From: Vicugna vicugna
Taxonomy: Eukaryota
Direction: 5' to 3'
Assembly (NCBI GenBank): GCA_013265495.1
Contig: MU059820.1
Span: 2,578,948-2,642,947, forward strand
Length of the DNA: 64,000 bases
Each line of letters begins with the position of its first letter. Positions within the stretch are counted from its first letter, which is position 1. Positions 13,205-25,528 of this stretch are shown one piece after another. The notes beneath the pieces are model-generated. The model did not search any database, was not told where the DNA came from, and was given only the letters and a program-made list of their open reading frames with translations. Both the position numbers and the translations under genes were made by a program.

Positions 13205-13330
13205 TGCTTTGGCTCCCAGTTGCCTCTGGGATGAAATCTAAGGTCCTGATTGTGGTGCACCAGGTCCCTGCGGTCTGCCTCCTGACCCCCTCCTCACATC
13301 TGCTCCCCTGGCTCCGCGATCCCACCAAGC
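13205..13330 (+). mobile_element. L2 fragment
   Basis: tggctcccagttgcctctgggatgaaatctaaggtcct resembles L2 tggctccccattgccctcaggataaagtccaaactcct. Confidence 0.45.
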
Positions 13331-15187
13331 CCTGTCCTTCCCCACGGCCACCTCGGATCGCCCGAATTCATTAGGGTACAGCTCTGCTCTCAGTGCTCCG
13401 AGATGTTAAGAGGCCTGTGCAGACTTCACAAATGCACGACGGCACAGTCTTGGGGACGGCAGTCCCACCCCCAGCAGCACGACAGCACCACCCCTCTGTA
13501 GAAAGAGCCCGTCTCATCTGGTTCCTGAGAGTTACCGCAGCACCTAGGACCCCAGAGGACCCAATGCCTGTTTGCTGAGGGAGTGACGATCAAACGAGAT
13601 TACAGATGGCAAACCACCTCCTGAACTGGAGCTCAGGAGGCAGCACAAGGGAAGACTTCTGGCACTGTCGCACACTGAACCTTTAACACTGGGCTGTGTG
13701 CACGTGCTCTCTCGGGTTCGCCACCCTGGCTGCCCTGTAAAATCACCTGGGAGGCTCTGAAGACGCACCCATGTGGGGTGGGGCAGGGTGAGCACCGCAG
13801 ACCTGTCGAATCTGTATAGCTGTGGCGGACAAGATTGTCGGCAGCATCCTGTGTCTGAGTGTCTCCAGCTCTGATACAAGCCTGGTGTCTGTGTTCTGCT
13901 GTTTTTCATTAGAATGGTCATCAGATTGGCTCTCGAGTCTTTCCTAGTCACGGAAAATTCCACTCCAGGTCGGCCGCTGCAAAGTGCCTTTCAAGAGTTG
14001 TTCCTAGTGGATTTCATTACTTTTAAATTTTCAAAATGTCAATTATGTGCTACTAGTTTTTTTGGTTTTGTTTTGTTTTTTGCTCTAGAAAGCTTATAGA
14101 TGGTGGATGGAGTTACAGATTGGAATCAACAAACTTCATGCATTGTTGGGGAATAAAAGATTTCCCTCTGTAAAATATGGGTAAAGCCAAAGCACTAAAT
14201 ATCAGAGACGTTGGAAGAACTGAATTGTTAAGATATCTATGAAATTGTATTTTGTTTTAATGAAAGATATAACCAGGGAAAGAAATTTCTTTTCCTATTT
14301 GTTTACATATAATTTACAGATCTTAATGATAAGCTCTTTGCTATTTCTTAGTTGAAGTTTTGACTGCAGACAATTCTTTTAAATATCCTGTTTTGAAAAG
14401 AAAATATTTCTCAACGTTTTAAAATTAACCAGCAAAAACTCTCACATAGCTAATAAAAAGAAGACAGTTTTTTTTTTCTTTCCGTTAAGGAGCAAAAACC
14501 TTCAATCCTCTAATGAGTCTATGTTTCTTATGTTTTAGGAGGGAAATCAGCTAATAAAGGAAGAGACAACTCTGTCTCCTGAGAAATATTATGCTGACTT
14601 GCCCCTGGGCTGAGGTGGAATGATGGTGGCGAAAGCAAGGGGTTTTTATCCTTTGTGCATGATCTCCGCAGAAATCATGGCATCACGCAGAATAATAGTT
14701 TGTGAACTCAGAGGGAAAGCTGGTTTTGGCCCTGAAATATGGCCAAGCAGACTACAGAAGCTATTGTTGAGAAACCGCCCTCAGCTGGATTGTTCTGTCT
14801 CACTCTCTCTTTTTCCCCAACTCCCCTCCCTCCCCATCCCTCAAGTTTAAAATTATAAAAGCATTTCAAGAAGCTAATGGACTAGCCCAGTTCTGCCGAA
14901 TTGCTTAAAATCTCTTCTAAAGGACCCGTCTTGGACACGGCCGTCCAGCGTGAGTGTGACTGAGGAAGGGATCCTGCATGTTGGAAGGGCAGAGTGGGGA
15001 AGTTCCAGGCAGGATGCCCGGACTCCAGACTCTAATTACAAATCCTGGTGACCTCGTACGACCCACCTGTGTGAACTTGGGTTACATGGAAGGTAAAGAG
15101 AAAAAAAATTGATAAAACATGTGTTGAAAAACCTCAAGCTGATGATGATGTGTAGCAAAATAATTATGAGCGACAGATACTGGGAAG

Positions 15188-15412
15188 GTTTATAGTTTAC
15201 TGGGTACTCTCTGGGCACTTCCCAAACATTATTGAATACTCACCACAACGCTGTCAGAGAGGGACTATTAGCTGTCCTCATTCTGTAGATGGGAAAACTA
15301 AGGCACAGGGAAATTAAGTAAGTTGACCAAGGTGACCCAGGAATTGGTTGAAGTACAGAATTCGAACCCTGCCTTCTGAAGCCTACATTCAATCACTGTG
15401 CCACACTGCCTC
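15188..15412 (-). mobile_element. MIR SINE
   Basis: ctcattctgtagatgggaaaactaaggcacagggaaattaagtaagttgaccaaggtgacccag is the antisense MIR core. Confidence 0.8.
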
Positions 15413-15859
15413 TCTGTGGAATAATGGACCAATGGTTAGAAGCGTAAAAAACAAAACAAACTGAAAGAAATGATGGCTCTGCCATCATCATGCCAGTGGC
15501 CAACAGTGTGTGCGCCAGTCCACAGGGGGTTCTTGTGAGGACCAACTGGCGTGACGACTGGGACATTATCTCTCAAACTTGTATCATCTGAATTTCACCA
15601 GAGGAAAGATTTTTGCCCAATGTCTGGTGTCAACTCCTTCTTTGTCACTGGCTGGGTCATGTGGCTGAGTGGCTCAAATGGGCACAGGTTCCGGCAGGTA
15701 AGAAAGACCTGGTCCAATTCTCTGAATGTTTTTGCATCAATTTAGGCTGCTCGTGTGGTCAGTGGGTCCATAGCCTGGGGCCCTGGTAAACTGTAAACAC
15801 GGGCAGCCTTTCCGGAGGGTAATCTGGTGAAATGTTGCAGGCGCTTTAAGAAAGTGCTG

Positions 15860-16060
15860 ACCGTTTTACTCAGCAATTACATTCACAGTACTTTATGCTA
15901 AAGAGGCATGCTGATACGGTGTGTACAAGGATGCTTATAATAGCGGTGTTGACAACACAAAAAGAAAACAACGCTAATGTCCAAAACGAAGGTGAAACAA
16001 ATTCACAGTAAATATGCTTCAGAATTGCTTACGGTGCAGCCATCACAATGATACTCCATA
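15860..16060 (+). mobile_element. Ancient L1M 3' fragment
   Basis: actcagcaattacattc...tgtacaaggatgctt...aaaacaacgctaatgtcca resembles old L1 3' region. Confidence 0.45.
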
Positions 16061-16115
16061 TTTACTCAACAATATTGGGTACCTACTACGTTCGGGGCAG
16101 TGTTTGGTATGCCAT

Positions 16116-16421
16116 GCAACGGTTTATTTTAGGTGTCAACTTGACTGTGCCATGAGGTGCCCGGACTAACTGTTACTACTATTTCTGGGTGTTTCTGGGA
16201 GGTTGTTTCGGGATGAGATTAACCTCTGAATCAGTGGACTCAGTAAGGTAGATTGCCCCTACATCCTCACCATCCAATCCACTGTCAGCCTGAATAAAAA
16301 AAAGGTGGAAGAAGAAGAAATTTGCCTCCTTTTTCTGCCTCACTGCTTGAATTAGAAAGTCTTACCCATCTTATCCTGCCCTCAGACTGAGCTTTACGTC
16401 ATCAGCTCCCCTGGTTCTCAG
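16116..16421 (+). mobile_element. ERVL LTR 5' part, MLT2-like (truncated)
   Basis: tttattttaggtgtcaacttgactg, gggatgagattaacctctgaatcagtggactcagtaaggtagattgccc, catcagctcccctggttctcagg. Confidence 0.8.
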
Positions 16422-19400
16422 GTGAGTACCTCTCCCGTTCAAGGAATAGCCGGGGGCCACGAGCAAGGTGATTAAACTGCCGAGTGTGAGCCCCAGCTTG
16501 GAGTGGGGCTGAAGACGTCTACCACCCGCCCCCACTTTCTGACGTGGAAAGAAGCTGATGGAGTATTACCAGGTAAGAAAAGTGAGCAACAGAATAGTGT
16601 GCGCGGTGATCAGTTTTAGTTAAAAACATAAACTCATTTATTTACGATACGTGCTATTTCCTTCCCTCTTTCGTCTCTCCCTCCTCCCTTCCTGCCTGCT
16701 GCCTTCCCCTTCCTGACTTTTTTTTTTTTAGCTTATTCAGATCTTTACATTTTTCTACATTGAATTAGCTTGCCTGTACAATGAGTAAGTGAGAAATGCC
16801 CGGGTGAAACCAGTTGCATTTTTATTGGTTTTAGTCAAGCTGTCTGAGCACAGGCTTTGTTAATCTCAAAATGTGTTTACTCTTCCTGATTTAGCTGTTG
16901 ACATTCTTGCTTTGTAGAAATGTTAAAACAGGGAGTTAAAATTGGCCAGTTACTTTATTTTTATTTCATTTATTTGTTTATTTTTTTATGGATGGAATGA
17001 AACATGAACAGATAGCTGAGGTGCGGTCATGGGGCGGATTGTTTCTTCAACCTGAAGAAATGATTTTAATGTTCAACCTGAGGAATAAATACGTGGGACC
17101 AACCAGGAAAATTCTAAAAATTAAGAGAGACATTAGCTCTGACTGGCGAAACTGGCCAGTTACTTTAAAGGTCAGTGTTGTCTCAGAGAAAAAGAAGATT
17201 GGTTTCCAGAAGTCTGGCTACACCCAAGAGGCAACTTCTCCACATTTCCATTGGTAGAAGTGTCACCAGGATGGGCCCCAGAAGTATCACTTGCACGGAA
17301 ACCACACATAAAAAGCTGTCATGCGGGTTCTATGGTTACACAGGTATAAACGTGGCCAGCTCTCTCCGTCCATCCATAACCTTGTATATATTTGGAAACT
17401 CATTTGTACTCACTAGGTGCAGTGTTGACTTTGCTGGAAACTTCACGGGCCTCAGGAATGGGGTGGTCTGGTTTAAGTGAGTTACTTGGATTAGCTATTC
17501 CACCCAGAAGAATATCAGCCTAGGATTCCCTGGATTTCAGATTCAGTTGTTAAAAACCTTTCCAACCCATGAGCTCACTTCCCCATGTGGTGAGTCTGCC
17601 ACGCTTGGAACAGTCCAGTCTTCGATGATGTGGGGGCCCCCAGTGTACCTGGGGCATTATTCCCCACCGTGAACTTGTTTCTCCTTCAAAAGCCTATGAT
17701 GAGGCTGTAAGTAGCACCTGCCCCCTGGATAGATTCACTTGGCACTTGAAAAAAAAGTGTAAAATCATGAAATTGCTGATTATAATTTTCCAGATCCTCT
17801 TAGAAACAGGGGATAGGAAAAATAGCTCCCTAATCTGTTGGTTTATTTCCCTGAATGAGCCCCACTCGAGAGCTGGGAAACCTGGTAGAGAAAGAAGTTC
17901 AATAACTCGTCTGACAGCTTAGCCCCTGTCAAGGCTCGTCCTGCAGCACCGCATGACTCAACGTCCACGCCAACCTCTCAGGCTTCTTGAAAGGAAACGT
18001 GGTTACAGCTAACAGCATGAGGGCTCAGACCAGCACAAGCGTGTCAGAAACCAACGAGCTGGAAATGACCGAGCTTCAATTTTTATGGGACTCAGAGAAG
18101 TGAGAATGTTGCTCGGCCTCGTCCCATCTGAAACCCACATTCATGCCTTTCCCTCGTCATTCACATGCTGCGCTGGAGTGACATCCACAAGAGATGTTTT
18201 CACTAATACAAGTTACCAAGAGAAGAAAAAGCTCTTTCTCTCTTGTCTCCCCTCTGGCCTCCATCTACAACATTTGGGTCTTTGATTTCTTGCTCAGGTG
18301 GTTTTTACTGAACTTCTGGAGATGGCTGCAATTTTACTGCAGGGAGTAATATAATCTGTATTCATCTTCCAAAGAGAGCTATTTTTAAAGAGTTTTAATA
18401 GATTTCTAAGATTTCTGCTGGAAGCGGAAAACTTTAGGCATCATCAAAATATTATTCAAACACCACATATTGAATGGCTCTTTCATGAAACTCTTAAGGA
18501 GAGAGGCAGAGAGGGTGCAGTGATGTCAAAGCCTAGCCTTGGTTGTCAGGAGGTAGAGGACACAGCGACACCATGTGACACACATCAGTCCATGAAGTGG
18601 CTGCACAGGAAGGCCCACGGAATGGTCCCCAGGAAAATGCCTATTGTGAGAGGAGACGGCGCAAGCCCGAGGGCGTGACTTTGAATTGGGGTGGTATTTT
18701 CAAAGATACTTTCATTGACATCTTGAATTTAGTGACCTGGATATTTAACTCAAGAAGCTGCCTGGTTTATTGTTTTGATTTCCTGAGATGACAGCAAATA
18801 AATTACCCTTCCTTTTAAAGAGATTTTATGGCGTCAGCCCTCTGCTTTCAGCAAGGCTCTCTTGCATATACCTGAGGCCCACTTTCTCTCGTTAGAAACC
18901 GCGGTCCATTCCCTTCCCACCGCCCGAGAGTCCTTCTCTTGTGCTCAGAGCTCCCAGGTCCTAGTCGACCTTTTCTCCTGTCTTTGCCAAATGAATGGGG
19001 TTTCCCTTGTCTTTACTCACGTACTCATTTGGGCATGTACAAAGTCCTGGGGGTGCTGTAGGGGCATGGAGTGATTTGGTCTGTTTTGGGGTTAGAGTGC
19101 AAGGTGCACGTGACTCAGTCAATTCCCCTTTGCGGACCTGGGTGCGGGAAGACGCCCAGATGGGGAGGTAGGGCCTGTCACTTACAGGAGCCCTGTCTGC
19201 TGACCTCACATTTCCGGGGATGCCTTATTCTAGCCATACCAATCCCTCCCCTGGAAATTGAACAAGGACTGAAGTACCTTGAGTCCACATTCCTCACGTG
19301 AGTAAAGGAACGGACTAGAACAATACTTGCATATTGCAAGAGCTTGAATGAATCAAATGAGGATTACAGTTTCTCACAAGGACCACCAGGGTCCAACCTC

Positions 19401-22015
19401 AGTGCTAACAGCCTCCTGATACTTTTGCAGTAAAAGGACAATCTACTTTGGACTGATCGGGGACAACCAAAAGAAAGGCTGGCGTAGTTGAACAATTGCT
19501 TATTTTAAGAACATCTTATTCAGTCAGTGACAAAATTGGAGGTTTATTTGAAAATGATTGGCAGATTTTCATGAAATTATCCTATCTCAGACTAGTTTTA
19601 TGTGTCACCACAATGTCATCTTCTCTATCAGTTGTTCTAAAATCCGGATGTTATAAACCCTGTGTATGGGTGAGCCGTTGTGGGTGACTTTGGTATTGTT
19701 TTGGAGATTAGGTGATTATTTATAACCAGGAATTTTCAGAGAAGATACACTTGCTGATCTGAGGACGCCGCATGATAGCCCTTATTACCCCGTGCCCAAC
19801 ATAACCTTTTGTTTTCCCCTGATAGCCAAGTCTCATAAAAGAATCAGCATTGCTAATTTAAAATAAACTCCACTTATATACACAATGGGAATAGAGAATC
19901 AAGACTCTTATTTCAACATTGTAGACCAAATGATCTATTTCCCTGAAAAATAAAATTCACTGAAAGGAAAGTATTTTAGCTCATTATTTTTAAAAATTAT
20001 TTTGAAGTCTTATAAAAGTGATTTTTACTCATTTTGCAGTTGCAGATCTGAGCCACACCTCACACTGGGGGAACCATGCCATTGAGGTTATTTCCTGATG
20101 AAGGTTGTTCCATACAAACCCATCTTATGCTTACTCTTTGGTGGTAGCAGTGGGAACTCTGGCTTTGTGACAGGCCCTGAAAGGATTCACCTAAGACTCT
20201 ATGTTTCCCGGGGCCTCCATTCATGCTGTTCCAAGCAAGACTAAATCCAAGGTGACTTCCATTAGGGCTTCAGCGAGTTTTACTCCACGAGCAGAGAAAA
20301 CGACAAGAGTTCAACATGCATGACTGGGAACAACTATGAAGTGAAAATCAAGCAACAGTGTTTTTGCAAACGAGAAAGGAGTTCTTCATATCACAAAATA
20401 ACATGGTCCCATCACCTGCAGGACTGACAAATCTCCCATTTGTAACCCTCGGCATACTTGTCCTGACAGTGCCTCAGGAAGGACAAATCTCCAAAGACAT
20501 ATTCTGGCATGCTGCAGCCAAGTGACTGCACGTGAAGGTGACAAGGCCCCAACAAGTGGCAGCTCTGTTTAACTTGAGCTCTAACTCGCCGCTGCAGCCC
20601 TCACTCAGGCTCAGCCTCCTTCCCAGTTGTGTGTTACTTATTCACCAGAGCGACCTCAACATTCCACACCTGGACCGCGGCCACGTGCAATCCCTCTTGC
20701 TCATGGAGCGCTCGATGTTAGGGCTTTCTTTGGGCTGAATCCATCATCAGCCTGATCTCTTCACTCATGAGTGAGCTTCTAATTTCAGCACCAGGGAAAG
20801 CACTAAAACAGGATCATTTTTCTGTTGCTGGTTTATGACTCTGGGCATGCTTTGGTCCTCCTCCCTTCCCACCAGCATCCAGGTGTCTCCTGATCCCAGT
20901 ATTTTCTCTCAAGTCTGCCTTGCCCAAGGCTGCTAGATTAAGATGGCAGAATAAAATTTGTGTATCCTCCCTTTTGCCCCCTAACAAAGCCATCACTTGA
21001 GATCTAAGACTCAAGTTCCATGGCCATCCATGGTCCCTCTTTTCTCTATGAGGTGGTAGACCATACCCCTTCCTGATTAACGCTCATTCCCAATGTTCCC
21101 TGCATGCAGATTGATTTCTCATTTGAAAAGCTCTCCTGTCCCTGTTTCCCCATCAAAACTCTACTTCTGCCAAGATTCCTTTAACTTCTACCATATTCTT
21201 GGATGTTTCCTACCCACATCAGCCTTTTTTGATGTTCCCCTTCCGTACTCAAAGCCCAGCACTCTCTTAACACTTTGCTTCTTTGTCTTGTAAATTATTG
21301 TTTCACTAATATTCTTATTTTCGAAGTCTCAATGCCTCTGAGGGCTAAAATTAGGACACTTTTTCCTTTTTCCTCCTTTGTCTTCTTTACATAGTAGATG
21401 CTTGTTAAAGGTTTGTTGACTGGTTCAGGAAGCCATGGTGATTCAAAGGCAGCTATTAAAGGTCAATTTCTGGAAATATGCAGATGGTCAAGAGAGGTTT
21501 TAAACAAAAATGAATGTTATATAACTACAATTATTCTTCACCTGATTGCATGAAGGTTTGCCATGATAATAAGCCCACTATTCAGTTTTTGAAATGTGAC
21601 TTTTCTCCAGAGTACACAATTCTTATTCCCTGATAGCATCTTTTATTTAAAGGATAATAGATGAGACTACTAATTCAAAATAAGAACTAGAAAAGTTCTG
21701 GACGGATGAACTAAAATTCCAGAAGACTAAGAAGTTTATTTATATGAAGAGAGCAATAGAGAAGCCTTTGCTTTCTGCCCATAATCTTCTCCACTCAGTG
21801 TGATTGTGCATATTTTGCCTGTTGGAACACGAGCCTTTTGTTTCTGTCTTTTTCCCTCGGGCATTGAGTCCAGGTTAGATCTGCTTATGCAGTGGAAGAT
21901 AAGGGCAGGCATTCCATCTCCAGTTGTGGCTTTGCATAGCTCTCAAGCGAGCACACATTTGGAAGGCTTCACTATTGGAAGATGCCTACAGGAAGGGCAG
22001 CATTTGAGAAAAAGC

Positions 22016-22194
22016 CAGTGGTTCTCAAACTTAGCGGCTGCTCAAATTCCTGGAGGAGATGAGCAGATGGTTTGCTCCATCCCCAGAGTTTCTGATGCAG
22101 TGGATCTGAGGTGGGCTTGAGAATTAGCATTTGTGATCAGTTGCCTTGGTGACACTGTTGCCACTGGTTTTGGGACACACTTTGGGAACCACCG
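22016..22194. mobile_element. MER5A hAT-Charlie MITE, near full length
   Basis: cagtggttctcaaactt...ccccagagtttctgatgcagtggatctgagg...cacactttgggaaccaccg. Confidence 0.85.
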
Positions 22195-23039
22195 ACCTAA
22201 GCTTTCTGTCAGCTTTAATGCTTCCTTCTGACCACAGAGATCCATCTGTGGTCAGAAGGGAGACATGAGACGTGCTGGCTTGGGGCTCAACACTCCTCAG
22301 CTGCTAATGAGAAAGAGGGCCACCTCATTCAGTCTCCTTCTCAATGAAGAAATCCTTTTATGACAGCACATCTATAATAGATCCTTTATTTGCTTCTCTC
22401 TTTATGACCTCTTTCTTTATATGCCTCACTGTGATGGGTCTGGCCACCACCCCAGGAGGGTGAATATATATCCAGGTTATTCGCTGGTGAGTTTTCAGGA
22501 CACAGCTGAAAAGGAAGAGGTCCATTCCTTCTTCGCTAGTATTGAAACTGGATTCCTTAAGGGTAGGAGCTCTATCTTATTCACACCCTATTTTGCACAA
22601 AAGAAATGTCTGCAAATCTGAAGTGTATTCTGGCTGATGTGTCATGGGGTTTTGACTTTGAAAGGAAATCGGGGCTTTTTACAAAGAAGAAGTTGTGGGG
22701 TGCTGTGAGAAGCCCCCACTGAGGTATTCCATTCCTTAGCTATATTGAAAATAGAGAGTGATTGACAACATAAAGGAGAAGGGTAAGTCTCCTCCGTGAG
22801 TGGTAAGTCCTGTGGGCCTGCAGCCTGGTCATGTGGTCGTTGTGCTCCAGGCCTGCTCTCATGGGCCGCACGGGTATGGACCGAGAGATGTCATTTGGAG
22901 AAATTTGACTCTTACAGAGAAGTGGTGGTTCTCCAAGAAAATGATGGCCTCACAGAGTAACCATCACTGTCTACTCTCTGGACCTCTGTTGACTGAAACT
23001 GTAGGTCATCACTGTCTTCATGGGGATTGGAAGCTCCGG

Positions 23040-23390
23040 GTTGGCAGAGACTTTAACACACATGTACTCCAGCCCTAAATCTTAGCCCTCTCAGCTTCTC
23101 TGTGCCTTCCAGTGGTGGGGAATGTGCAAATGGAGAGGACAAGTCACATTACCCTTGTCCAGCTCTGACTACAGAACATTCTTTCTTATATTGAAGGGAA
23201 ATATGGTACTTTGTAACTTCCACCACTAGGTCCTAGTTTTATCCCTTAGAGGCCAGCAGAACAATTCTAATCATTCCTTCATCTTCAAATATCAAGATAC
23301 CTGAAAACAACTATCTTACCCTCCTGTCAAGAATTCTCTAGGGGAAATAGTCCCAATTCCTTCATCTACTTCTTATGTTATGTGATTTAG
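23040..23390 (-). mobile_element. L3/CR1 LINE fragment
   Basis: cattctttcttatattgaagggaaat...tgtaacttccaccactaggtcctagtt...agtcccaattccttca matches antisense CR1 RT 3' end. Confidence 0.55.
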
Positions 23391-24484
23391 ACCTACCTAC
23401 CATGTGGATTGCTCCCTTCTGCATGTGACTGAGTTGGTGTATATCCTTTCTAGGTTGAAATGATAGGATTGGGCAGTGAAATAAACCCTCTCCTCAGAAA
23501 CGCTCTCTTCATTGAACAGAAGTTCCACTGTGGGATGTTCTGCACTTGGGAATGATAAAAGATTTCGAGTGTTCAAGAGTTCTCTGATACAATATAATTG
23601 CCCCATGGGAGGATGAACATATATTAGTGGTAGGTGTTCATTGTTTCAGCTTGGCCACCTTGGGCCCTGCATGAATGGACCATGGCTTTCGCACCTAAGT
23701 TGGAAGAGTGGGAATGACATAGCTGGAAGAATTATGGAAGACCACCATGTTTCTCCTGGCTCTTTCTTTCATAGCATTCTCATGTATCTCCTCCTGACAT
23801 TTCTTTTTCTCATTTCAAATTGTGTATTTGGCATTAAAGCTGATCTCTCCCTTCTAGTGAAAAGGTATAGATCTAAGTTTCCAAGGGTACCTGCTCTCCT
23901 TTGAGGCAGGCAGGAGTTCTCAAAAACTACTTACAAATTACATGGTCTATTTTCAGAAGAGCACTGCTCTTGTTGGATTATTTCAACTAAAACTTAAAGC
24001 GTGTGTCTAACCTATAGATGTGTATGTGATTCAAAACAAAATGCAGATTGCTAGTCAACGGCAAGTGCTAGGTCTTGGAAGACAGAATCTAATTCTTCAG
24101 CATTCTTAGACACAGTGTGGGTGTAATTGTCAGGATTGGAAACTTGCTCCTGAGCATGGGTTGTGAAGTTGGCTTTTATTTGTGTCTACTCTAATGGTTC
24201 AGCTCCCAGAAGTCAAACAATATAGATTTGCATCTCTTTTGTAAGCATCAAATACACCTACTCCAAAAGTCAAAAGATCTCATCTAATTTATTAAAAAAA
24301 AATACACCAATGAAGAATGACTTGATGGCTCAACAAAACATTATTTCAAATAAGGATCTTTTTACCACTGGGACAAATCATTGGTTCTAACCCACTCTAT
24401 TCCTGATTCACACTAACAGTATTTCTTTGACACCAGACATTTATATTAAAGTAGCCAAATGTGCATGTATAACATTGGGTATAT

Positions 24485-24845
24485 ATGCCAAAGACTCAAG
24501 TATGTTCACCCTACCAGTTTGCCTTCCTGAGCTAAATGACAATTTCCAGCTACCTTTTCAGTTAAGTGTTGCTATAGAATATGGGCAAAATTAATATAAT
24601 TACGTCCAGGCTCCTATCATTGAAAATCTCCTGCATAATCACCTGTTCTCCCTCTTTCCCTATCTGTCAACTGCAAATCAAGACTCAGGAGATCTTGGAA
24701 GCCAAGTGTTAAAGACAATAAAATATCCATCAATCTGATCCCTGATATGGCATCAGCCAACTGGATTTACAGGGATGAGAAACCATCTTCCATTTTGCTA
24801 AACTGCTGAGACTTAGGGATTTTCTGTTGTAGCAACTATCTAATC
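24485..24845 (+). mobile_element. Old MaLR LTR (MLT1I/J-like), heavily decayed
   Basis: atttccagctaccttttcagttaagtg, ttggaagccaagtgttaaagac, ctgctgagacttagggattttctgttgtagca. Confidence 0.5.
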
Positions 24846-24914
24846 AGTAGAATCCACTTAGCTTCACTGAGGACCAAACAATGACACATTGTAACAAATG
24901 AATAAAGGCACCTG

Positions 24915-25080
24915 CTATTTATAAAGTGTCTACTTTGTGCTGAACATTGTGCTAAGAACCTTACATTATCACACTAATCCTTGCAACATCTTTGGAGTGG
25001 ACATCATTATTATTTTCACCTTATAGACAGGCAAACCAAGAGCTTGAAGCTGATCAAGGTCACCCAGTTAGTGTCGTGGA
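24915..25080 (-). mobile_element. MIR SINE
   Basis: tatttataaagtgtctactttgtgctgaacattgtgctaag...caccttatagacaggcaaacc...caaggtcacccagttagt. Confidence 0.65.
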
Positions 25081-25084
25081 TTAT

Positions 25085-25528
25085 ATTATTGTCCCCAGTT
25101 ATTCACTTCCTTCTCTGTAAGAAAATTGATTATATGTCTCCACCTATTGCTATACGACCTGCAGTGCCTCGTTGTGGGAGAAATGTACATCTCCATTTCA
25201 TTGACCATTGGCATTGGTGTGACCCGGGACTTGGTTTTTGGCCAGTGGAACATGAATGGATAACTTGTTTCATATCTGAGCAAGACTTTTAAGAGCCATT
25301 GCTTAGTTGGCTCTTAATTGGCATTCTCCTTTCCCTCTGACACTGGAATGGAATGTCCCGGATCAGACTGGTCCCTCAGCCTGGATCTCAGAAGAAGACA
25401 CTGAGGGGCAGAGCCACAGCTGACTAGCAAAAGCATGTAGCTAAGGAGAAATAAATCTGTGTTTTGTAAGCCATTAAGAGGTTGGAATTGCTGTTAATGC
25501 ACCAAACCTAGTCAAAGCTGACACATAC
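25085..25528 (+). mobile_element. MaLR solo LTR, MLT1I/J-like
   Basis: gacttggtttttggccagtggaacatga, cagcctggatctcagaagaagac, gagaaataaatctgtgttttgtaagcca, end aaagctgacacataca. Confidence 0.7.

Noticed and set aside
22221-22262. Pre-miRNA hairpin
   Set aside because: An 18-bp stem is far shorter than the ~33-35 bp Drosha substrate; kept only as an inverted-repeat finding
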